From positions 96,001-160,000 of the IMG/VR virus record IMGVR_UViG_3300010163_000003: a stretch of 64,000 bases of DNA; one strand, 5' to 3'. The notes under the pieces are model-generated. The model saw only the letters and a list, made by a program, of their open reading frames with translations. It did not search any database and had not been told where the DNA came from. The DNA comes from a virus (Duplodnaviria; Caudoviricetes). The translations under genes and the position numbers were made by a program. Positions 56,808 through 64,000 of the stretch are shown one piece after another (position 1 is the first letter of the stretch; every line of letters starts with the position of its first letter).

Positions 56808-59567
56808 TTACGCCGCAGAACGAAGAGATACAACAGTTGTAATCTTCCTTAATTCCGTTGGGCATACCAGAGTAAGAGCAATTGTACATTCACCAATGAG
56901 AACTTGTTCAATGGTTGCATTAACTTCAAACTCGTAGTAATTGATTTCGCCTTGTTCCATTAAATGGCTAAGCCGCTTAGAAATTAAGGCAGACATTGCG
57001 TTACGCTGTTCAACAGTATTTGGTTCACCAATGAATGGATCACATACTTCACGCACTTGGTCAACAACGTCTGTAACAACCGCTACAGTAGTCATGCGAG
57101 CATAGTCACAATTTGGAGCACCACCAGTCATTGCATCTACGCAGTATGGCGTAGTAGAAGCAGAAGCAGTACCTTCGTTCTTTAAGCGGAAACATACCAT
57201 ACGCTGACCAATAAGCTCATCCATTTGCTTATTAGAGAACTTATATTTCATGCCACGAACAGCAGGAAGAGCCTTGTTCATTGGAGAAGACTGAGGCTTC
57301 AGAGAGGCACAGAGAGCAGCATACGCAAGAGCTGGGGAACCATAATAAGTACCTAAAACATCAGAACTCATTATTGGATCTGGACCAACTACAACAGAAG
57401 TATACCAGCCAATATCCATACTGTTGCCATCACTATCAGTAATTACATTACCTTCTTGATCGGTCATATAATTCAAGTTTGGCATGGATTTAAGATGGTC
57501 AACATACTTACTAATGCCCTCAAGAGTAGTATTACGATTTGGCTTAACATCGATAAACCCATGGGTCATCTTAGTGCGATATGTTAATACTGCACACAAG
57601 AGAGCAAGTTCGTGATGGAAATCACTATGATATTTCTGAGCCAAAGTACAAGTAGAATCTGCATAAATACCAGCAACATAGATATAATCTACATTATAGT
57701 TTTCGAGAATCTGGTATGCACCACGTTCTTCAAGAACTCCATCATCATTACGCTTGCCAGAAAGAGCCTGGTACATCAGGTTAAGGTTCGTAATGTTTAC
57801 GCCATCATCTCCGCCTTCATTAAGTACATACTCACCATTAGGAAGAGCATCAAGCATAATGTTTTCCTGAAGCTCATCAGCAAGTACAATCTCGAATACA
57901 TTGTTGAGTGTGTAATCGGCAAGAGCTTTCTGGAGATTACCTAATGTTGGACAATCTTTAGAAGTAAAGAAGAATGGTTTATCAGCATCTCCAACCTTCT
58001 TTGCTTCTGGCTTATGGAAAGTAACTACTTTGCATTCTTCGCCGCCGATAGTGGTGTCAGCAATAACAAATTTGCCAGTATTATATACAGAACCACCATT
58101 AATAGATTGAACTGTAAAAGTACTTTCACCAGAGATTGGAGCACCATTATAAGTATATTGAACGCTATACTTACAATTTGGACTAACTGTATTCTTAAAG
58201 ACAATAGCGCCAGTTACGATACCATCATGTTCCGTATATTGAATATCATATTCGCTTGGATCTACAGTAACAGGATCTGTTGGAGAAGTAGCTCCCTGTA
58301 TTCCCACATTCATAACGGTTACGCTAGTAACATCATCTTCAGATGGGCAAACAAGTTCAAAAGAAATTTGTTCTTTACTATCTACTGGATCAGTAGAAGA
58401 AATAACTTCTTCCATTTTCACTTCAACATATGGATAATATTCAACAATAACCCTTACGCCGGGAGTAGCGGTAACTTTAGTGCTAGTATCTTTAAACTTA
58501 ATAGTCATAGTGCTCTCGTCTAAATCATAATCGACACCTTTTTCAAGAAGCACATTGCACGAACCAGCCACTTCATTATAGCTATTATCGTAAGTCATCA
58601 TTGTTACTATAATATCTTGATCTTGCTTAGTTACAGGGAGAATGCCAGTCTCATCTAAGGCATTATTGCCTGTATCATAAGTAGTAGTATACAACCCAAC
58701 TTTTGCAGTTGAATCTGTAGTAGTAGGCATAACAAGATTAATGTCTACAAATCCAGCGGGGTCGGATACTTCTACACCAAGACAGTTATTAGCATCCTTA
58801 ACTTTAGTGTCTACTTCCGTACCATCTACTGTTACTTTTGTAACATAGTTTTGAATTGATGTAGCAGGATCGGACGCAGTATAACTAGACCCAGTGGACT
58901 TATTTACACGATCATAATACATTTGATCTTGAATAGGACTCTTCCATGCAGTATTATCTGTGAAATTATTGATTTCACCGTCTTTATCGTAAATCTTTTT
59001 ATAAGAATATACGATTTTAACGTCGGAATGCATAGGAATTTGGCCTTCATTAATCTTAATAGGACTGTTATATTCGCCAAAGAAAACATTGTTGATTATG
59101 TCCCCAGTATTTGCATTATAAAATTTTGGGTCACTAGCGAAGGGACGTCCTATTGGATAAATAGGAATAAGTGCATTGCCCTTAGTTACGCCAGATACTG
59201 GAGAGGACGTTAATTGCTCATATTCAACAGTTTCACCAGTTTGCATAGTAACAGTCGTATATGCACGAGAACCTGTAACACGCATGCAGCGAACATCTCT
59301 AAATCCATGTCTAAAGGCTTGTTTCGCAGCTTTAGTAATAGTACCAGCACTTGGATAACCATTGTCATCTACTTCGGAGCCAAAAATTTTGCTTACATTT
59401 TCTTCAGTGACATTGACAGGTTCTTTAACTGGACCATCAAATGCAGTGCCAAGGATCAATAAGCTTTTATTGTATCCAGCATCTGTATTAGCATCACTAT
59501 GCAGCCTGCCATCGCGAAATTCTACGAGATGTCCTGGCAGATTAGGATACATATTAGTAATAGCCAT
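56808..59567 (-). CDS. Major tail sheath protein (919 aa) with large inserted surface domains
   Basis: YPNLPGHLVEF, ILGTAFDGPVKEPV, CMRVTG; C-terminal VREVCDPFIGEPN...ELRKITTVVSL. GGAGG RBS. Confidence 0.85.
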   Translation of the reverse strand: MAITNMYPNLPGHLVEFRDGRLHSDANTDAGYNKSLLILGTAFDGPVKEPVNVTEENVSKIFGSEVDDNGYPSAGTITKAAKQAFRHGFRDVRCMRVTGSRAYTTVTMQTGETVEYEQLTSSPVSGVTKGNALIPIYPIGRPFASDPKFYNANTGDIINNVFFGEYNSPIKINEGQIPMHSDVKIVYSYKKIYDKDGEINNFTDNTAWKSPIQDQMYYDRVNKSTGSSYTASDPATSIQNYVTKVTVDGTEVDTKVKDANNCLGVEVSDPAGFVDINLVMPTTTDSTAKVGLYTTTYDTGNNALDETGILPVTKQDQDIIVTMMTYDNSYNEVAGSCNVLLEKGVDYDLDESTMTIKFKDTSTKVTATPGVRVIVEYYPYVEVKMEEVISSTDPVDSKEQISFELVCPSEDDVTSVTVMNVGIQGATSPTDPVTVDPSEYDIQYTEHDGIVTGAIVFKNTVSPNCKYSVQYTYNGAPISGESTFTVQSINGGSVYNTGKFVIADTTIGGEECKVVTFHKPEAKKVGDADKPFFFTSKDCPTLGNLQKALADYTLNNVFEIVLADELQENIMLDALPNGEYVLNEGGDDGVNITNLNLMYQALSGKRNDDGVLEERGAYQILENYNVDYIYVAGIYADSTCTLAQKYHSDFHHELALLCAVLTYRTKMTHGFIDVKPNRNTTLEGISKYVDHLKSMPNLNYMTDQEGNVITDSDGNSMDIGWYTSVVVGPDPIMSSDVLGTYYGSPALAYAALCASLKPQSSPMNKALPAVRGMKYKFSNKQMDELIGQRMVCFRLKNEGTASASTTPYCVDAMTGGAPNCDYARMTTVAVVTDVVDQVREVCDPFIGEPNTVEQRNAMSALISKRLSHLMEQGEINYYEFEVNATIEQVLIGECTIALTLVCPTELRKITTVVSLRSAA

Positions 59568-59582
59568 TTGAATTTCCTCCTT

Positions 59583-60458
59583 TTAGCTTTTGTTAAAAGT
59601 TATACCATTATCTCCAGCAAAGAATTCTAAGTCTATTAACTCAGATCTGTTTTGCTCGATTAACGTTTTAACCTTTTGAGTATTGAGTTGATTTACGCCA
59701 ATCTCAGTATTAATCCTATTGATTACACTTTGTCGAATAGGCGTAATCGCTTCGAACCTTATATAATAATATATACAATGCATAAAAGCCGATTCGTCGT
59801 AATTTAAGGAACATTTTGGGTGAGTTTCTGACTCAAACCACAATTCACTAATTCCATGTTTCTTTAAATATCCAGTATATACAGTAAGTAAGTTTTCAAA
59901 ACGTTTCATTAAATCTCTAGACTCTTTTGAGTTTCTACCATATATATTAAATTCAACATTAGATGCAAACCATTGGCGATAAATCAAAAAAGCATCTCCA
60001 GTAGGATTTCCATTATCATCTAGTTCTTCAATAATATCAGTAAGCTTAGGCTTGTATCCACCAAGAGCCTCGTCTACTTCTCGAAGATTAGTTTCTATAG
60101 TAATTTGGGGAAGAATTACAACAGAACTATTTTCTCCTTTTTTAAGATCCATAGAAAATTCTCCCCAACCCTCTCCCCACGCTGCATTACATAATTTTTT
60201 AAGTATATCAGCTAATTGTTCAATGCTAGATATATTACCATCAGCCATTTGACGCAGTTTTGCTACATTATATTCTATACCAAGAGAAGATGATGTATCA
60301 TGAAAACGTTTATCTGTTACAGAGCTATATATTGCATGATTTAATTTAGATTTGTCAATAGTAACTTTTTCTTCTTTCTCTTCAGGTTTTATACCAAAAT
60401 ATGCATTGTATATTTCATCATTCATTATAGTCACCTTCAGTTCTTGTAACATCGACAA
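59583..60458 (-). CDS. Putative tail terminator/completion protein (291 aa)
   Basis: Immediately upstream of the sheath. QWFASNVEFNIYG...LMKRFENLL...HGISELWF pattern. Confidence 0.5.
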   Translation of the reverse strand: MSMLQELKVTIMNDEIYNAYFGIKPEEKEEKVTIDKSKLNHAIYSSVTDKRFHDTSSSLGIEYNVAKLRQMADGNISSIEQLADILKKLCNAAWGEGWGEFSMDLKKGENSSVVILPQITIETNLREVDEALGGYKPKLTDIIEELDDNGNPTGDAFLIYRQWFASNVEFNIYGRNSKESRDLMKRFENLLTVYTGYLKKHGISELWFESETHPKCSLNYDESAFMHCIYYYIRFEAITPIRQSVINRINTEIGVNQLNTQKVKTLIEQNRSELIDLEFFAGDNGITFNKS

Positions 60459-62010
60459 CTGAACAAACAGTAACGGCTTTAACCATGTAGTTTGTCATTA
60501 AAGACAAATATACTGTTATATGTCCTTCTATATAATTGTGTTCCAATTTAATTTTATATGCAGTAATTATCTCTCGCGCACGTAAAACTTTAAGTAGATT
60601 ATCTAAATCTTTTTCAAGTATATTTTTGTTAATGATACGAATCATATCATGTCCGATATAATATTGGAATAATTGATTCATCATTGATATACAAATTTGA
60701 ATCATGCGCACATTACAGTATAATCTAAAATTTTCATTATTACATGGAGTAATTCCATCGTATACAACTGGAGTATTATATAACGGACTATGGCGGAATA
60801 CAACTATGCCTGAATCAGCCATATTACTTAAAATATCTTCTGAAAACTCATGATATATTGAAAGAGTTTTAGATATAGGAATATTTGTTGTGCCTTCAAG
60901 ATATAATGTATTTGCACATAATGCGGCATAAGCTAAATATCCATTATCTATTATAGTACCTTTATTATACATTAAGTCTCCGCCAACTACAGACACCATA
61001 AAAGAATAAGCAGCATTATTGCAAACAGATAAATTATACTTTATGCATGCTTGATACATTTTTGCTAAGTCATCAGCCTCTGATAAATGTCTACACCAGT
61101 ATTGATAATTAGAGTTAAATCCTAAAATTCCATTTGTAACCATGCCAAAGTTTAATTGTATAATACAAAAATCAATTAGCTGATTCATGAAGGAACGTTT
61201 ACGTCCAAAATTATCTTCTGTAAGATAATCTCTATCATGATGATAATATGTTTTATTATATTGGAAACTGTCTTCTCCCATATCTGGGTACATGTCGTCT
61301 AAAAATGCATCAACAGGAACTATAATATCTATAGAATGAGATTCTAGTATATTATAAGCAGAAGATAAGCATGAATATAATTCATTCTTACTATAATTAA
61401 GACCGCTATTTCCTCCTTCTAAATATACCATAGAAGGGTTAACGCCATAAAAAGCATATTGGGTTGGTGTTTCAGAAGCAACATTGTGATATGCATATAT
61501 AAAACTTTTACGATTTTTTGTATCTTTATTTATAGCTTCTACTAATAAATCCATGTATGGATAATCAGCATATTTGTATATAATATCATTGATATTTAAA
61601 TCTTCAGGGAATCTAAACATTAAGCTATCTTCATTGACAACTATTTTAATATCATTAAATATTTCATTTGCTTGAGATGATGTAAGGACTAATCCATCAA
61701 AAGTAACTTCTCCAAATAAATTATTTACACTTAGGGTGCATTTAGCATGTTCTCCAGTTACCTTTACAACATATACCTGATTAGCTTTACTGGTATATTT
61801 AATAGCATGAAAAGCACTAACAAGAGTTCCTTTCGTACCAAATTTACTATGAAAACCAACAGTAGACTTTATAAGTATTGGTTCATTTACAGGGCCATAC
61901 TCAGCAGAACCAAGCAAATAAATACGCTTGCCATGAGTATTGTCAGAAACAACAGTTTTTAACCACTGTTCTCTTTCTTTTATCATCTTGTCAATAACTG
62001 TGCTGGCCAT
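60418..62010 (-). CDS. Second, compact tail-sheath paralogue (530 aa)
   Basis: YLLGSAEYGPVNEPI, VVKVTG, AYNILE, LAYAALCA and a sheath-like C-terminal domain, all parallel to the 919-aa protein. Confidence 0.75.
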   Translation of the reverse strand: MASTVIDKMIKEREQWLKTVVSDNTHGKRIYLLGSAEYGPVNEPILIKSTVGFHSKFGTKGTLVSAFHAIKYTSKANQVYVVKVTGEHAKCTLSVNNLFGEVTFDGLVLTSSQANEIFNDIKIVVNEDSLMFRFPEDLNINDIIYKYADYPYMDLLVEAINKDTKNRKSFIYAYHNVASETPTQYAFYGVNPSMVYLEGGNSGLNYSKNELYSCLSSAYNILESHSIDIIVPVDAFLDDMYPDMGEDSFQYNKTYYHHDRDYLTEDNFGRKRSFMNQLIDFCIIQLNFGMVTNGILGFNSNYQYWCRHLSEADDLAKMYQACIKYNLSVCNNAAYSFMVSVVGGDLMYNKGTIIDNGYLAYAALCANTLYLEGTTNIPISKTLSIYHEFSEDILSNMADSGIVVFRHSPLYNTPVVYDGITPCNNENFRLYCNVRMIQICISMMNQLFQYYIGHDMIRIINKNILEKDLDNLLKVLRAREIITAYKIKLEHNYIEGHITVYLSLMTNYMVKAVTVCSVVDVTRTEGDYNE

Positions 62011-62579
62011 ATATATTTGCCACCTTTCAGTAACTCATTCAAGCCCTTATTGTTTAAATTCTTCAAAGCTTGTGAGTAAGATGCCATTAAGTCTGTCTTA
62101 TCGTTTATTACACATCCATTTAATTCATTGCGTCCATTATCTCCACGCATTTCCCATACATTGATTATTTCTAATACTTTTAATACGTCAACAGGATTGC
62201 CTTTTTTATCCCATGTTACTTTAAGAATTATATCTCGTTCCTTGGGATTATATTGTTGACGTATGTAATATATTTCATTTTTCTGATCTGTTGCACCTAA
62301 AGCTGTTTGTATTATGGAGCTTGTATCTGAATATGCACTGTTAGAGCTTTCTATCGCTTTTATTTTTTGAATGCTAGCAAAATAGCCAGTACCATGACAA
62401 ATAGGACAATTGGGGTCGCCCGTTTTATGTAAATCATTGAAGCAACGACATCTCACAAATTTGCAGTTATGGATAAACAATATATCTATTCCAAATTCAT
62501 TTGTAAGCAATTCAGATTGAAATCGCATATCAATGTCTACATTGCGCAATTCAGCGGATTGATTCGTGAATTTGTACAT
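61983..62579 (-). CDS. Putative neck/head-closure protein with Zn-finger (198 aa)
   Basis: CRC...CPICHGTGY motif. Position upstream of the sheath genes. Confidence 0.55.
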   Translation of the reverse strand: MYKFTNQSAELRNVDIDMRFQSELLTNEFGIDILFIHNCKFVRCRCFNDLHKTGDPNCPICHGTGYFASIQKIKAIESSNSAYSDTSSIIQTALGATDQKNEIYYIRQQYNPKERDIILKVTWDKKGNPVDVLKVLEIINVWEMRGDNGRNELNGCVINDKTDLMASYSQALKNLNNKGLNELLKGGKYIWPAQLLTR

Positions 62580-63454
62580 TAGAAGTTCGTGGTTCTAGCC
62601 CAATCATCATATTTGTAATTATCAATAGCTTTGACCCCATAAGCTACGATATTTACGCCACGAATTTTATCATCGGCTTCTTTCCATTTATCTTTCAAGT
62701 CATCAAGAAGATTATCAAGATATGGGAGCTTTACATCTTTTTTAATACGAATATCGCCTATTTCTTTTTCTTGAGAACCATAACGAAGAGATATGCCATA
62801 GTAACGATTCATTATCAAATTAATCTCTGTTTGATATCGAACCCAGTCTCTTGCAGCGTTGCTTGAGAAAGTATAGTTGCCATCTTGATCTATTTCATAA
62901 GTAACGTTTTCTACAGGGTCTTCTTGATTGGCTAATTCATCTATTAATTCTATCACACCCATACTGTTTCTGTATAGCATAGAATTAATATATTCATCTG
63001 TAAATCCCTCAATAAATTCGCCAATATCCTCCCATACTTTTTTAGCGCTAGATAGGAGAGGATTTAATTGACTTACAAATGTCCACTTAAATAACTCTTT
63101 TCCGATGCATATACATGCTTCATACTTATTGTTTGGCTTTAACCTTTTAACAGTACCATATTTTTTATATAGGGCGTTCGGTTTATCCGCACGCCCTGTA
63201 GATAACACTTCTAAATTAAGCCTTTTAGAAGCAACATTAGATACTATAGAAACTATATCTCCAGCCAATAATGGTGAATTAAATGCTATACGTCCTGTAT
63301 CACGAGAAGTAATATAGTCTTTATCTTCACCAAATGTTTGGAGTTTCCCATTTAAAAAAACAGAGATAGATTCATTAATAAAAGGTTTTTCAACAGAAAA
63401 TATCTGTTGACCATGAGAAGCAGTATATGTTTCATTAATCATATATTTTCTCAT
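62579..63454 (-). CDS. Putative neck/adaptor protein (291 aa) with N-terminal beta-sandwich module
   Basis: GAGGA RBS. GQQIF..ISVFLNGKLQ..DY...GRIAF..L.AGD module, then a helical part ending in KEIGDIRI. Confidence 0.5.
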   Translation of the reverse strand: MRKYMINETYTASHGQQIFSVEKPFINESISVFLNGKLQTFGEDKDYITSRDTGRIAFNSPLLAGDIVSIVSNVASKRLNLEVLSTGRADKPNALYKKYGTVKRLKPNNKYEACICIGKELFKWTFVSQLNPLLSSAKKVWEDIGEFIEGFTDEYINSMLYRNSMGVIELIDELANQEDPVENVTYEIDQDGNYTFSSNAARDWVRYQTEINLIMNRYYGISLRYGSQEKEIGDIRIKKDVKLPYLDNLLDDLKDKWKEADDKIRGVNIVAYGVKAIDNYKYDDWARTTNF

Positions 63455-63467
63455 GTATTATATCCTC

Positions 63468-64000
63468 TTAATCTATAGTTTTGGTATACTCAAGAATAAC
63501 TACTGTTGGCGCATTAACAAAATCAGAGAAAAAGTATATAGAATGAGAATGCATGTTTACATAAGAAGCAACGTATACTAAATTATTATTAATATCATCA
63601 GTTGATGTTGAGTTTATAGGAAGATACATGTTAATGTTAGCTGCATCATCTTTTACATTAACAAACCCATAAAGATTTATGACGTTTTTGATATTCAAAC
63701 TGGATATATCAATAAATGGCGACAATCCATTTGGCGTAACCGCTGGAGTGGTAGTTTCAAAGACTTTTCTATAGATTGGTTTCCCATCTATCCAAGTACC
63801 AATTTTAATCTCTTCTGTAGAATATGTTTCTCCATTAGAACTTATGTCAGAATTACCACCAGACTCTTCAGAACCAGCACTACCTGTGCCATCATCTACT
63901 TCAGAAGTAACGACATCTTTTAAAGCTTTAGTTATAGCAGTGTCTACAGCAGGAAGGACGCTGTTTTGCACATAAGATATCATTTTATTTTCTGTAATTA
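63468..64000 (-). CDS. Fibre-type C-terminal domain protein, probably truncated by the window edge
   Basis: YSTEEIKIGTWIDGKPIYRKV...VILEYTK domain. The frame stays open past the ATG at 63983 to the window end and no RBS is visible. Confidence 0.55.
   Translation of the reverse strand, partial: ITENKMISYVQNSVLPAVDTAITKALKDVVTSEVDDGTGSAGSEESGGNSDISSNGETYSTEEIKIGTWIDGKPIYRKVFETTTPAVTPNGLSPFIDISSLNIKNVINLYGFVNVKDDAANINMYLPINSTSTDDINNNLVYVASYVNMHSHSIYFFSDFVNAPTVVILEYTKTID

Noticed and set aside
97-63317. Numerous plus-strand ORFs of 60-175 aa and short nested minus-strand ORFs
   Set aside because: All lie antisense or out of frame within long, motif-bearing minus-strand genes. They have Ile/Phe/Ser-biased shadow composition and no recognisable motifs.
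1-64000. Stop-codon reassignment as in some gut phages
   Set aside because: The standard code gives near-complete coding density. TAG and TGA end genes right before the next RBS or start.
1-64000. Bacterial contractile injection system (eCIS/tailocin) rather than a phage
   Set aside because: Neck/head-joining-like genes, an endolysin, a holin-like gene and a DNA-dependent RNAP fit a phage better. No capsid gene lies in the window, so this is not formally excluded.

Overview
The window is a gene-dense, AT-rich, all-minus-strand virion morphogenesis region of a large contractile-tailed (myovirus/jumbo-type) phage. The cell-wall enzymes and surface domains suggest a Gram-positive, probably Clostridia, host. 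In transcription order (right to left) it encodes: neck/head-tail proteins; two tail-sheath paralogues; a tail tube and two tube paralogues carrying peptidoglycan-binding or amidase modules; a holin-like protein; two paralogous tail chaperones; three giant ORFs; baseplate proteins; large adhesin-like proteins (vWA, FN3, Ig-like, C-type lectin, cadherin-like, transglutaminase-like); an endolysin; and a fibre-like protein. The main discovery lies where a tape measure gene is expected. The 3588-aa ORF (32687-43453) carries both halves of a two-barrel RNA polymerase active site in one chain (beta-like YED and K-x7-K; beta'-like RxP...DFDGD), fused to an N-terminal DEDDh 3'-5' exonuclease. Directly upstream is a 2073-aa protein with a Cas4-like PD-(D/E)xK nuclease, a thermonuclease-like domain and membrane segments. 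Together they look like a virion-delivered transcription/nuclease module. All calls come from reading motifs by eye; no searches were run.
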